Below, in pieces: positions 1 through 21,897 of a stretch of DNA of 64,000 nt. The DNA is from Azolla caroliniana (Eukaryota; Plantae; Polypodiophyta), in contig JBHGNT010000017.1 of the NCBI GenBank assembly GCA_043228905.1, positions 1,364,001 to 1,428,000 of the forward strand, written 5' to 3'. The notes below the pieces were generated by a model, which did not search any database, was not told the origin of the DNA, and saw nothing but the letters and a program-made list of their open reading frames with translations. Both the position numbers and the translations under genes were made by a program. Within the stretch, counting starts at the first letter, position 1; each line of letters starts with the position of its first letter.

Positions 1-2200
1 TTTAATGCTATAGTTGGAGAATACCAAAATATGAAGATATTGGAAGATATTGGAAGAAATTGTTGTGGATCCTTGTTTATTATGTTACTCAAAAGATTGG
101 ATTGTTATGGATAATCGATGAATTCCTATACATATGCTTGACTATAGAAACTTGATTGTCTTGAATGGTATAAATGTTTGCCTTTGAGATACATATGTAT
201 TCATTCACATGTTTACCATCCTCAATCGAGGGTGTGTGGTATATTGTATACTAATGAAGCCATATCAACGTGATCTATCCATGGTGAATGTATTTAAGAT
301 TGGTCCTCTACCCTTTAGTCAAACTATAAGCCCTTGCAGTTGGACCTTACACTCTCATATTCAATCAACAAATGTAGTAGAGTGACATAGGAAAGTTGAT
401 ACATCATTCGACCTTGTCACAAAAAGCTTTGGATATTGGCAAAAGAAGTTGAGATCCATTTGTCAAATCTCTCTATAGGTAATGATGTTAAAGAAAATTA
501 GAAACATTTGGAAGATCTGATCCTTCAAGTAGGATATTAATACTTTCGAATATGTGTTTGTGGACATAAAAGATATAGTTACCCCTTGTAAATATTAGGT
601 TGATACGGAATGCAATATGTATATCAAACAATATATAAGTTTGCAAAGGGGGAAAGTGAAAGAGCCATGGCACGACACTAATATAGAAAGGTATTGAGGA
701 GAAATGAAAGGCAATACTTCAAAATGCAATAAAGGAAAAATAATTAAGCTCCAACCCAAAATCAACACGAAGACAACTCAATGCTAAGAAGGAATATATG
801 AAAAGTGAAATTACAAATGAACAAATGCTAGAATATGTACAAAGGCTATATGTACGATGGAGTGGCTCCTAGGGTTGAGAGCATTGAAACACCTCTTGAT
901 ATATATGCATTGCTATTAAATACATATGTCAATACAGGAATAAACAAATGTCTAATAGCAATGTTTCTTATGCAACTCTCATTACGATTGAGATCTTAAA
1001 ATGGACAATGCCAGATACTTGTCATTGGATAGTAACTACTATAGATCAAACTATTAAACAAGGTTGTCAAATGATTCTCTATGCATGAATTGAATTAGGC
1101 CAAAATCTCAATGCAGGATATAAGAATTAAGTATCAAATAATTGCATAATCATGGTGAACCCAACTATTGCTCTTTGTATAGCATTATCATGGAGCAAAA
1201 GGTGAACGCATGGGCTAAAAGTATGAACAAACGAGCATTAGCGCAAACATGTTTTAGACCCAAACACTCCATTGTGGATCGTTTGGTTATATTAAGAGTA
1301 ATTATGGAAGAAAGTTAACTACATGGAAAACACTCGATTGTTTGTTTTGTTGATTTTAAACAAACATTTGATACAATACCATTAAGTTTGTTTTGGAATA
1401 GAATGGTGGAAATTAGCATGCAGTTAGAGTATCGAGCTATTATTGCATGATTTTATGAGCAAATTAGATGCCAACTAAAAATTGAGAATGGATTTTCATA
1501 ATATTTTTTAACTAGCATGGGGGGTTAACCAATGTTGTCCACTATCACCTATACTCATTGGTTTATGCATTGATGGAGTGGAATAAGTGATGAATAGGGC
1601 CTTACGAGAAGGAGTCGATACATCACAAAAGTTATTGAGGAAGAGCAATTGAACCATCGAGGAAGAAGTGAGAATGCTCTAGTTAAATGACAAAATTAGA
1701 ATATTACATTGCAATTTTCAACCACGAATGTTGAATTCAATATAAGGCAAGAAGGCCTATTGGTCGTATTCAACCTATTCTAATGACTAACATGAGTATT
1801 AACTCTTGTGGAACGCTAACACTCCCTTGTAGTCAATCACACAAGTTAGGTATTGAAGTTGCATTATGGCATCAAATTCTATCAAATATAAAGGTTTGCA
1901 AGGTACACACACGAGGAAGGGCTAGTCGAGGATGAGTATCACTTGTTTTTTACATGCTCCGCATATATGTGCAATTCGTGAAGTCTACAATGACATCAAG
2001 AGGGGGTGGTGGTGACTTGAGTGTCACACTAAACAAAAAGGCTTGAAGGTTGAGCTCATATGTGTATGCCTAATTCACACATCAAAAAATTGTGCTTCAA
2101 AGGACGGAGACACGTGTCAAGAGAATGTGTACTCAGGTCCCTACATGGGTCAATACTGGCCTCTCTATGGACACTAAAAATATTTTAATCTAATCTAATT
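1..2200 (+). mobile_element. Degenerate non-LTR retrotransposon (RTE-like LINE) remnant
   Basis: Broken reading frames retain RT motifs: CFVDFKQTFDTIP (~1341-1380) and GVNQCCPLSPILIGLCID (~1521-1575, compare GVKQGCPLSP). A C-terminal EDEYHL..C-like patch lies at ~1928-1960 and a short (AATCT)n tail at ~2188-2199. The 5' end is uncertain and may extend outside the window. Confidence 0.7.
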
Positions 2201-4327
2201 GGTTTGATTCTTCATAAACATCATTTCTTCCATACAAAGGAATGGAAACAAACATGAATCTGCACATTACTTACTACAAAAACAATGTTGGGTCTACATA
2301 TTAGGGTCACCTATGTACAAGTGACGAAAAGTATGATATGGGGATGCTAAAAGTAAGACAAATTGTTTGGGAAGCAAAGATGAATAGTGAATCTACCATA
2401 TATTGTGTATTTCTAGTATGAGGAATAATTAAACCATATATTGGTGTTGAGCTTCATGATCGGTTAAATGCATTCATTTCATATTGTGTCTTTGTTAGCT
2501 TTTCAATCCAAATGTTGAAATGTATGTATGTGGGTTATAAGCTTTTTTCGTGTTCAGGAAAAAGAGCATCAATTATAAGAGTGGTTTATTTGTACTATGA
2601 CAACGTGTCAGAGGTAGGCATAATTGAGATTCGTACAACCAACCCTATTTTATAATGTCAACATCAAATCATTTTGTTAAGGAAATAATGCATTGCGATT
2701 ATACATGTTTGCAATGCTTTTTGCCCATAGAAAATGACATGGTATTCAAAATCAACTACAAGGGAGATGTCGGCAAAGTGAAGGATGAACCATGATATAT
2801 TATCTTCTTGAATGTATTGTTGATTCTAGATGATTTGGTGCAAGTAGTCATTGTCAATTCCTCCGACCAACCCAAGTCACCGATCTTGGTCAATACACTT
2901 CAAATCAAATAATTTAAAAATGGTAACAAATACAAACACATGGAGTTCATTTCAAGGGCTCATAAGGCACGTGCACAAAGCGTGCAATAGGGACAATCTT
3001 ATGCATGTAAATGGCATGCATGAAGCACATCAAAATATGAGCTAGCGGCATACGTTGGATTACACAAGGCATGCATATACAATGTCATGTTAAATATATA
3101 AATAATGAGGAAACATGCATGTATGGCCGCATTGTTGTATTATGTGAACTTAAATATGTAGTGGTTCAACCAATATAAATGTATTCGGTAATACCATTTA
3201 AAACGTAATCCCATTAATCTTATCAAACAAATGGCAATACACACATGACCATACTAGGGAGTAGGGCATGAATAACTCCATTTTGCAACATATGAGAATG
3301 CATTCAATGCCATCATCAAGCTAATACAATCATTGTTATTCGAAACATATTCCCCAAAAAATTTCCTCAAGTTTCTCTCTTTAGGTCACGAAGCTTTATT
3401 CAGCGTACACAATATTATGACTCAATTGTATTAATAATGGTAGAGCATTCACATATACGTGTTGACAAATCTAACAAAGAATATCGTTATATACTCCTTA
3501 AAGACTACATCAGTTGTAATTTATTTGTAGAGTACTCACATCTATAGATGCTTTGAAAGATCCATTGGTGAATATCTTGCGTTCCTTAAAGATTGCATGT
3601 CCTTTATGCCCCTAAATCAACACAAAGAAAATGTCGCTCATCTGTCATAGATCGAGACTCCCACACGTTATAAACATGTGTCTGTGTACAAAGACGATGT
3701 TGCTCATATAATCTAGCACTAGTGTCACACTCCCATTTGCGGTAATGTGTGCATATAGACTCGTGTATTCGTAGGTCAACATTCTAGTGTACCTTTAAAA
3801 ACTTTAATGAGGCCCCAAAAAGGTATCGTGTGCACTCATATTCTTGTTATGACATTGATGATAAGTGTCAATGATCACATTATGTCATTCAATATCAGAC
3901 TTTATTACAGTGGCATGCCTCTCAGTCACCATTGTGCCTAATGTACCAATAACAAAATGACAGATGACTCAACACACATAATGCAAATTGCTTTTTTAGA
4001 TGGTAGGTAGTAGCCCCATGTGGGGATTTCGATTTGGAAAACTTCCATTCACGAGTTATTTGGTCCTGTTTCTTTTTTTTTTTGTTATGATGGACGAGTT
4101 AGTAGATCGACACGTTGGCAAACCATTTTAATGTGTGCAAAGTGTTTTAATTATGCGACATCGTGGAAACATGGAGGAATGATTGTTCTGCAAAGCGAAA
4201 TGAGACGAAGATATGAATGAATGAATCCAACGTTTCCCTTGATTCATATTCTCTGTTCGGGCTCAAGAGATGGACACACGTGAACATGGCTCCATGCTTG
4301 AATCAATAAGAGATCATGTAGTTGCAA

Positions 4328-4527
4328 GGAATTTGTCCACGTGGTACGATACCCAACGAATGGGAATCGTCCATGTGGCATGATCAGGCACTCGGCAAAT
4401 GGGTTTAGGCCACATGGCACGGTCCGACACCCCAATGAATGGGAACCATCCACATGGCACACGCAACGAATGGGATTTGTCCACATGGCACAATCCGGTA
4501 GGCAACCAATAGGAATCATCCACGTGG
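4328..4527. repeat. Degenerate ~33-40 bp tandem array of AATGGG...CCAC(G/A)TGG units
   Basis: About six spaced CCACGTGG/CCATGTGG/CCACATGG cores, most preceded by an aatggg/aatagg-like motif, followed directly by (AG)n. Confidence 0.7.
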
Positions 4528-4533
4528 TGGGAG

Positions 4534-4575
<42 letters not shown>

Positions 4576-5509
4576 ACCATATGCTCCAATATTTCCTTGA
4601 ATGGAATGGAATGATTGATATACATATTTGCAGAGCACAAAAGCTGCAGGCAGAAGAGGAAGAAGAAGGAAGAAGGAACGAAGTGTAATTTGTATGCTAT
4701 GCATGGTATCTGGTTGATTTGTAACAGAAAGAATGAAGGTAAAGATGCCCATGTCTGGTTTCATGTTTATCCATTCTTTCTCATTCCGTTTCTGCGTATC
4801 TGATATGTTAGGAGCTCATGTAGAATTGAGCATACATAAGAAATTCGTGTTTCCCAACAACTGCAATTTAGGTTAGGGCTTTCCAATGAGAGAGAAAATC
4901 AAGGATTTTCCAATAAGAGGAGAAATTAGGGTTTTCCAAATAAGAGAGAGAATTAAGATTCCCTCTTAAAAACAGATCTAGGCCAAAGCTAGAGAGAGTT
5001 ATCTTAGGGTTTTAGGGGTGGGGGGGGAACAAAAAAGAGAGAAGAAAAGCAAAAGAAACGGAGGGAAATGAAAGTAATGAGACATAGATTCTATGCATTT
5101 AGGGAAAGTTCATTTCTTTGTATTTCTGGGTTCTAAGTAAAGAAAAGAAAAGAAAAGAAAAGAAACACAGCGGGCTAGAAAACAAAACAGGCGCACATGT
5201 TGTGTGCATTTTAGGGTTTTGGGTTGGTTTTACATAAACGTATATATCACACATATTTTCATCTTTTTTTTTTTTTTCTATTATCTTAATTCCACTTTTG
5301 CTTTATTCTCTCCACGTTTTAAACATGTTTTAATGATTCTACAGAGGGCAAATTACAGTCTTGAAATCCACTGGCATCTTCCACTCAGTCGTAGTTCCTT
5401 TATATAAGAGGAAATAAGTTTGAAAAACCTTCACAGAAATTACCGGCATTATTACTCTATTTTCTTCATCTTGCTCAGGTTTCATTCAAATCCCCTATTT
5501 TTCTCTTAT

Positions 5510-5665
5510 GTTATCATCTTTCTGTCTCTTTTTATCTTATTTACCTTTATATTTACTGAGTAATATTTAATTTATTTTGATTTGCTGTATGCTATCATCT
5601 TTCTGTCTCTTTTTATCTTATTTACCTTTATATTTGCTGAGTAATATTTATTTTATTTTGATTTT
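5510..5665. repeat. ~81-bp tandem duplication
   Basis: tatcatctttctgtctctttttatcttatttacctttatattt(a/g)ctgagtaatattta occurs twice in tandem. Confidence 0.85.
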
Positions 5666-5765
5666 TTGTTCTCAAAGACGAGACAACACTTAAGCTGTAA
5701 TCTCTTGTTTGGTCTTATAGGTCATTTTGGCCTCTTAAAAGACGTTAATATATCTTTCTTTCTTG
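5655..5765 (+). mobile_element. 3'-terminal fragment of the dispersed RTE-like LINE family
   Basis: ttgttctcaaagac...tgtaatctct..ttggtc..ggcctcttaaaagacgttaatatatctttctttc closely matches 42030-42120 (+) and the reverse complements at ~44510-44610 and ~63270-63350. Confidence 0.7.
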
Positions 5766-6081
5766 TCATATTTGCAAGAAGAAGAAGAAATTTCTTTGTG
5801 ATGATCCATGTGGCTAAACCTTGTGACATTCTTTGCATGAAGAATAATAATTTGCTGTTGGTTAAAGTTTGTGACGTTCTTTATAAGAAGAGCAATAAAT
5901 TGTTACTCTCTGTAAGATGATGATGAAGAAAAAAAAGTATAAATTGCTTTGAGATGATCCCATCTGGTTAAATCTTGTGACATTCTTGTAAAAACCCTCT
6001 CTCTCTCTCTCTCCCGAGATAGATTGAGGCGAGAAAACTGCGCTGTGAGGATCTGATTTATTAATGTTTGTGACATATTTT

Positions 6082-6113
<32 letters not shown>

Positions 6114-6699
6114 AAGAAGAAGAAGAAGAAGAAGAAGAAGAAGAAATTGTGATCCATTTGGTTGAGCTTTGTGACATTTTTGCAAAGAGAAACCTTTTTC
6201 TATTTTCCACTTGGTTAAACTTTGTAACTTTGCCCTCCATTGGCTACTTAAGAAGGAAGTAATATATTTATTTCATTTGAAGAAACCACATTTGAATTGT
6301 GATAAGGAACTATATTGAAGGCTATTTCTTTCTACAGAGTATATTTGGATTGTAAGAGAAGCTCATTTGGAATAGAGCTTGATTATCAAAAACTTCAAAA
6401 ATCAGAGTAAGTTCCTTTTGTTTGGATGTGTGATTAATAAATATTTAAAACTTGAGAGAAGTACCTTCTAGATTAGTTGTATTTAATTGTTTTGATTAAC
6501 AAGGACTTTTTTGTAATCATCCACAATGGCATGAAAAGAATGTGCATAAATTCATATATTGTTTTATATGCAAAAGCAGGTCCAAGATACTTAGCCCCTG
6601 ATTTTCATCATTACGTTCAATAGGTTGGACATAAAGCAAACATTTAGACTGTTGATTTCACCATCAAATTAAATAGACAAAGCTCACAGGTTGGACATC

Positions 6700-13846
<7,147 letters not shown>

Positions 13847-14937
13847 GCCAATATATATATGTATATATACATTTCAGCTACTGGAGGATTTAGTAACACC
13901 TCTGCCATAACTCAGAGATGAAAACTTCACATAAAATGTATGAATTTTTGTGAGCGCTCTTCTTAGTCAATATTTTTCTAATTCCTTATTATCTATATAT
14001 GCTTCATGTTGGTATTGGAAGGGTGGCTATGGTCTCTCTTCTGCACGTGTATGAAGAAACCATACAAGCTTGATAAAAAAAACCAATTACATGGTCATTG
14101 AACAAAATTTCTATATTGAGGGGTTCAAATAAGCACATTGTGGAAACCTCTTGCCCATTGTTTTAAAGTTCGTTCATATTTTTCAATATGGAGAGATTTT
14201 TCTTCTAATGATCAAGCTGAAGTCCTCTCATTGCTGTCTTTGAATTATGAGGTCTTAAATATAGATGTGAAAATTAAGTCTTTGTTGTTCTGTTACTTTT
14301 GACAATTATGAGTACCCCATCTAACAAATCATAAGCTGAACTATCCTTCAACGTCAGTAATTTCACATGTTTTGACTGTTATTGGGACTGTGCTTGTACA
14401 TTTTTTGAATATTTATTTGGTAAGATTTTCACATACTAACAAATCTACATTGCCACCACTGGTGCAGCAAGAACATAAAAGCAACATCAATTAATATCTA
14501 GGAGTAATCCAAGCATGTTAAATATTAATATTTATTGATCTGTATTCTTATGAGTATTTCCCTTACCTCCAAACTTGAAATACATTCTGCTTGAAGATTG
14601 AACATCAGACATATTACGCAATGAATGGGAAATATTCTTGTTGCAATGAATCCATATGTGAATGTCAGTGAACATGAATGTACAATACCAATGAATTTTC
14701 TGGAAATGGAATAAAAGTCATGTGTACCCATTTGTTTAGTAAATTTTGAATTTTGAACTCTTCGCTACCACAACTACTTATCATATTATCAAGTTTGAAG
14801 TATACTTTCATAAACTTTGGACAATTGATTTGCTTTAAAATATTGCATTCCCCCAAGGATTCTCATCCATTTATTGGAGTCTACAGTTGTTGATCAAGAT
14901 CCACATCCTTTCAATAGAGCATCACACATAAATTGAA

Positions 14938-15230
14938 GTTGTGACATGCTAATCTTATATGCCAACCTTTTGGGATCCAATTGAGTTGTAATGTGAACCA
15001 TTTTGGATGCTCTTTGTAGGCTTGAACAATCCCTACTAGATTTTTATGAATTTCCTCATTGATGAATGAGAGTTGGGCAAAAATTGAACTTGTGACATAC
15101 TAGCCCTATATGCTAACTTTCTAGAAACTAGCTTGATTGTAAGATGAACCCATTTGGATGCTCTTTGTATGTTTGAAAAATCCCAACTACATGTTCATGA
15201 ATTTCCTCATTGATGAATGGGGGTTGGGTG
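14938..15230. repeat. ~150-bp diverged tandem duplication
   Basis: ttgtgacat...gaacc..tttggatgctctttgta...atgaatttcctcattgatgaatg..gttggg occurs twice. Confidence 0.75.
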
Positions 15231-18200
15231 TGTAATTCCTCGTTGATGATCATATTTTTGGCCAAAGAAAGGATGCAACATTGTATACTATGAATGGGTT
15301 GGAAATATGGCTTCAATGTTCTGCACGAATCACAAATGACTTGTGCATGTGTAATTGCTTAGCTGCCAATACATATATTCGATGGTATTCAAAAGGTAAA
15401 GTTGATTGAAGGTGCGGAATCAATAATTTTAACATTAGTGCTATACTCTTTTTGAGGCCTTCAAGACTTCTTCTTTTATGATTTTGTAGATATTCCCATG
15501 CACTCAGATTAGATGTATTTATTATTTAGCATGATTTGCTTATTTGGGGCCCCCATTTGTCTTAGAAGTGAGGATGGTTCAATGTACCAAATGATTAGTC
15601 TTTCGTAATTCATTAATCTCATAGGAATTATATTTCTCTAAATTTGTACCCATGTTTCCTTTTTGTAAACTGAAATGATGAGAAAATACTACAAGTTTAT
15701 AGGGGTTTTGTGGACATTCTATTGATTTCTATTAGATTTGGTCCCTTTTGTTATGAATATTGCCGGTTGTCAAGCTAAAGGAAACAACTAATGTTTTAGT
15801 GAACAAGGCCATCATTTTTTCCCGAACAATGTGTAGCCAGCCCTTGTGCTTATATTAATTCGCTATCATGATTTCATATATTAATTTCTTCCCTTGCCAT
15901 GTCCTTTTGATCCATATGGACTCTTATTTATCTTGTTGTGCTCCTTCGATTCATTTTCAACTATTCAGTATTATTAAAATTGGCTCCATTGTTGGTTCTT
16001 AGCATGGAGATACATACCAATCCATTCCTTGACGAGCCATCATCGTCGATCGAGGGAAGGTGATACTCGAAGCAGAACATTAGGAATGGCTCTTCAGTAG
16101 TGGATGCTTAGGTTCTTACTTCTAGGAAGGCTTCTTCATGATCTTTGAGGTTCTCTCTTTTTGAGCTAACTCCGACCATTGAGAAGGCATTATCTAGGTA
16201 CCATATTTGACACCGTACTTAAGTGTTATGACCCTTGATCACCTCATCGATTCTACAATCTTATAAATCAAGTTTCAAAGATTTCTATGATTCAGAACAT
16301 GTTGACCAAGAGCAATGAGCATGACACATTCTCAAGTTGTTCATAACTCAATCGAAGTCCCCAAACATGATCATATGTGTCGAGGCTGGTACCCTAAGAT
16401 CGAGACTATACAAGTAGTCGATTCTATGTCACCACATATTATGTATGTCCTAAGCAAATTGCTACAGGGTAAGGAAAGAAAAAAGCCCGGGGAAAGGAAG
16501 TTGGGTCCTCACAATGTGCAAAGACAGCCTTCTTCTTCACTTCTCTTCATGTGATGGTGATTATACAAACAAGCTTTTTGCCCAATTTGGATAAAAACAA
16601 GCACAACCTTGTTGGCTTGCCCAAAATGGCAAGTGCTCAATGCCATCATGCATAACAATTTGCATCATCCTTACTGTTTTCAAAGTTTGGCATCCACCAG
16701 CAAAGATATCATAATAGTGGATGTGTCCATGGTAACCTCCATGCTCATCTCATCTTGTTATGGTGATCCATTCCAATCCTTTCAACCATGTGAACCTTTC
16801 TTGCTTGGGTTTTCAATGCTACAGCTATTTGTAGCCGTGGTTCTCCTTTGGTATATTATCAATGCTTTGTATGTCTTGTTAGAGTAGTATATGGTGAGTA
16901 CCGAGAAGGCTTGCTAAGGCAGCCCAGAAACAGAGTATCCATGGTCCCAATCATAGTTTCCTTGTTGGGTAATTCAGTGGAGGTTAAGAGGCTTAGATGT
17001 AATGCCAGACAGGCTTTCATCATACAGTCATGATCTTGCAGCTCATCAACTCTTTTGGAGTGAAATTGATGTTAATCCATTCCTACTCTGTTCTGAATCT
17101 ACAGGCCATATATATGTTCTCTTGAATTTCTGCATTTCTATTTGGGCACACACACACACACACAAAAGAAGTCTTGTCCATTTTCCCATGAGAATCAGAA
17201 ATTGTGTTTCTTAGTACCTACATTATATGGGCAATTGTATTTTCCATATAATGTAGGTATATGTTCTTCCCATATGGGAAATCATCTTTCCAACATGCTA
17301 AAATCTCTAAACACAATCTTGTGAAGTATTATCTTAAAGACATGTTTCAAAGAATGAAGACATTTGTTATTTCCTAAAGTTAGAACTATTATTTTACTTC
17401 ATTGTAATATATCCCTACAGGGTATGTTTGACAGTATGTATGGGCTTGGTATGCGGGGTCTCACTATGAAAGCTCATGATACTGATACAGACATAATGAA
17501 AGATTTCTGAGAAGGATGGCAGGCTTTCCAGCTCCTTGAAGAATGGAGATAAAATGATTTCAAATATGACTCTCGTGGTGTTCCCCCCCCCAAAAAAATA
17601 GGGTAAATGTTGAAGCTCATTAGCAGTATTTTTTTAGGACCTTTGTATTTATGATCAAAACTCTTAACAATCAGAGCTTCACCAAACTCTTAACAAGTAA
17701 TATAAATCCACCATTGTCTGGGTTTCCTAAATGTTCCATCACTGCCACCACAAATTCTAGTATTTGAAGATCAATGACTGTAGAAAACATGGGTTTCAGC
17801 AGCAACACCACCACATTTGTTGCTTTCTTGAGCTTTATTCATGCATGCATCCCATTTTTTTCATGGAATGTGTCACACACTTCAATTCCTCCAAATATGT
17901 AGTATCATGCCATGTTTTATGACAAATTACAATACATACATATGTAATATGACTTGTGGATCTTGCTTTTTTGCGTTCGTTATGCTTTGGAAATGATCGT
18001 CCTCTCACGTGTTATTAACTTGTAAGGAGAATTGATTGTTGATCATGTTTGTCATGGTTGTAGACAATAATGGATCATCAATGGTATTGCTATCATTTCG
18101 TTCGAATTAACAAAATGTTTATAAATCACTGCATATTTGAAATTCATTTGATAAGTGGAAACTTCTCTCATTGCTATAATGCCAATATGTCCATTTAACA

Positions 18201-21092
18201 TTTGTTTTCAAATTTGACCTATGTACTACGAAACATACTTCTTTACAAGCTGGCAGCAGGTAATAATCCTCCAGTTCACTTCATGAACATGTTGAAGTGC
18301 CCATTGTGATTCATCACACACATAAACCAAAATAATAGACAATTGATCAACTCGATGATATAAAGAATATCATATCTTTGTCGTATGAGGTGAAGAATTG
18401 TGTATTTTTGACATGCACAGACATGTAAGACCACAATATCGAGAGTAACTACATGATAGGACACAAAAAATATAATTTGCGGTAGACTTTCGCGAGTATA
18501 AGAACATCATGCTTTATATTTTAGTAAATCTTTAGATTTGCTTAAATAATTCACAATAAGTAAAAAGGGAAAAAAAACTATCAATGTACTTCCACTCTTT
18601 GATATACAATTATAAGAAATGCCAATCATATTCTTGTGCGTTTGTTGTTATGTGATTGCATTTTTGGATTGTGTATTGCAATATAAGCATACTTAATGTA
18701 ATGGACATAACATTTTTTAAATTTTGGATCCTTGATTCATGTTTGAAACAAATGTTGCAACCTCTCACCATAGAATGTTATTCAAGCTTTGTGTTTTTGT
18801 TGATTAAAATGTGTTATGCATAAGTTGTTTAAAACAAGATGTTATGGAGTGGGGGAACATTATTTGACCATTAATGTCTTTTTGAGAACAACTATATTAT
18901 TAGCGAAAACCTTGTGATACCATCGACAATCTCGGTCCATTGAATATATATGGCTTAATACACAACTCAAAACTATAAACAAAAATGAAACATAATGCTC
19001 AATACCCCCACAAACATGTCTACGCACAAAATACTCTTGGTATATTTCCTAACATCTATTGTATGTGTACATCTTTGTTGTTGCTCTCTCAACCCCTTGA
19101 TTGAGGTCCCCTTTCCTTGTAGTATATGAGCCAATCGCGCCACTCGACTCTACAATTAAACACTACTTGCACCGACAGTCACATGTTAAAGCCATTGTTA
19201 GATAAAAATTTGCAAAACAATTCGAATGTAAAAGTTTCCCTCTTGGATAGACTTATGCTTAAACTACATATAAATGATGGCAATTGAGAAAGAGATCTCA
19301 TAAAGGGAAGCTTCTAAAAATACTTATGTGAAAGAGAAAAACAAATGAGCAACCAAAAACATGTTCATTGTGTGCATACACCCAAATGCATATATTATTT
19401 TTCAATGATTAACTCCCATGCTAATAGATTTATTTGCCCTGTTAATGTTGATTCTCAATTGAGCTCCTTGCATCCTTCCTTTGTCTAAGGTTTTTATTCT
19501 TTGTTGGGGGGTCCATGTTATTTTGCCTTCACTCGTTCCATGTTATTATTTTCTTAAAAGGTCCATCCTGTTGCATTTGTGACACCCTTCATTTTCACCT
19601 AGGTAAAGTTGGTTTCATTCCTTAATCATGTTGTGGCGAATATTAATCAAGGAGTTCTTCCATGGTATAAAGTGTTATGGTTGAGTCAATTAAATTTCTT
19701 TGTTGTGGCGAATATTAATCGAGTTCTTCCATGGTATAAAGTGCAAGGTGTAGTCAATTCATTTACTTAGATTTGCCTAGGTAAAAGAAATTGAACGAAA
19801 CCTTATTGTGATCATTTTCACTGACAAGGCATTTCAATAGTGATGGATTCATGAGCTAAACTCCATATTTGTTGATGAACCATAAATTATGTGCAACGAG
19901 AAATAATTAACACTATTGAGGGTCATCTATTGACAATCGCAATGCATTTCATAGGGTTGTCAAAATAGTTGCACAAGTATTCATTGGTTGTAGTTATTTG
20001 TATGTTATGTATACATTGAGTTGTTTGAGATACATCACCACCTAGTACAATGGTTAGTAATACATACATCCATGTCTCAATACAACCAAAACATATGTGT
20101 TGGCTAGTTTCTTAAATCTTATGGTGTAGCTTGTAAAAACATGTGCTTCAATTTACATAGTTAAATGCATAGATGCTACAAAGAGGCACTTCGAACAAAG
20201 GCACTCCTTGATTGACAAATCTATCAATATATTGTGGGCATTGGATGAATTCAAAAAACTTTATATGAAACTCGGAATGCACATAAAGAGATGAATATAC
20301 CCTATCGAACAATGTTGACATGTTATGTGTTTGGGATATGCAATGAACAACGGTTGTGTTTGACTGTCTTTGTCGATACACTCTTGATTGATATTGGGAC
20401 GTTACGTGTTTGGGCCTAGGGAGGAATGACGATAATGCTCTATTGTGTTTGCATGTTGACTATGCTCAATACATATCCAATAGAACTTTCCACAATGTCT
20501 TCAATATCACTAGCCCCAATTGATGTTAGGGCATAATGGTGACTAGTAGGATGGCTCTTTAGATGCAGTATTCGATTGAGGATGGAGCCATTGATTTGTA
20601 CAAAAAGTGGGGTGCATATATAGATACTTCCAAATTCCAATAACAAACAGATTATAAACAATGTTTATAACACAGAAGTCTCGTCAAGTTTTGAAATTTC
20701 AAATGAAGTTTTTTAGTCTATTTATGATCTTGCTTACTATCCAATTCTTTAAAAAAAAAACCCGAAGCGAATGTGAGTCCAGATTCATGTTGGATATAAC
20801 GTCCATTCCTACAAAAAAACATTGCTAATGAAAAGGTTGGACAAGAAGACAAATATGAAGTGCCACAAAATAATGTAACGAGGGGAATAAGGAGCACATG
20901 AACTCAAAGCTTGGAATACAGGCTTTCTAACGACAATCGCAAATTTGACCTCAACGCATAATAGTAGAATTCCTCCCCCTATCTCTAGGTATTTATTCAT
21001 AGGATTCCATTATCCACATAGTCTAAAACATTGAAATACTTTATAACATTTGGATTGCTTCATTTTAAGCAAAACATTAGGTCCTACACTAG

Positions 21093-21159
<67 letters not shown>

Positions 21160-21897
21160 TCTCTCTCTCTCTCTCTTAGCAACTTGCACTACCATTTGAA
21201 GTGTTCGTGATCATCTGACAATGCTTCCGACCATCAATTTTCACCGCATGGACTAACCTTTCAGAACTTCTCCATGTCACACTCACCAACCTCCGCCTCT
21301 TTTTTATGCTCTCTAGCTATGGTATGGGCTTGAGAAAAATAAATAAATATATGAACCAATATGGCAACACCCTCTCTTGGTTCCCATCATGTTTCAAGCC
21401 CCTTAGCACATTAAACATCATTATCATCTCTCTCTCTGGTTCCAATATCTACATCGTCTCAAAAGGGGGAATTGTCTTGTTAATCATACCTTGCCATACG
21501 ATATTTCATGTTTGATGACCTTAAATCTTGATGCATACCAAAAGTCACCCTAATTTGATAATTCAACAACCTAATGCTTAGATATCCTTAGATGCTCAAC
21601 TTCTAGGTCATTGACAAATTAATGTTAATAGATTGCCTTTTCAACAATCACCCACATGTGCCTCTTGCCCTCAAGTAACAAATGGCAAAATGTAGGCCCA
21701 TTATAGACAAAAAACTATGTTCATTGAATTAGAGCATGCTAATCAAAAGGACAAGTTGTAGGACCTAGCAATATAATGATGTCTCGACTCTCAAACATTA
21801 AATGTTTGCATAAAACTTCCGGTCTAACTTCTGTGTTGGGAGAAATAAATAGATAAACTTTTCCATACATAAACTTACTCCATTTTCACATGCAGCC

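Noticed and set aside
4244-6185. ORFs with poly-ER, poly-L or poly-F runs
   Set aside because: Translations of (AG)n and (AAG)n microsatellites.
15700-21850. Probable highly decayed TE sequence (faint L1 RT-like traces at ~16.5-16.8 kb; a WALDEF peptide at ~20.24 kb)
   Set aside because: Motifs are too eroded to assign a family, strand or boundaries by eye.
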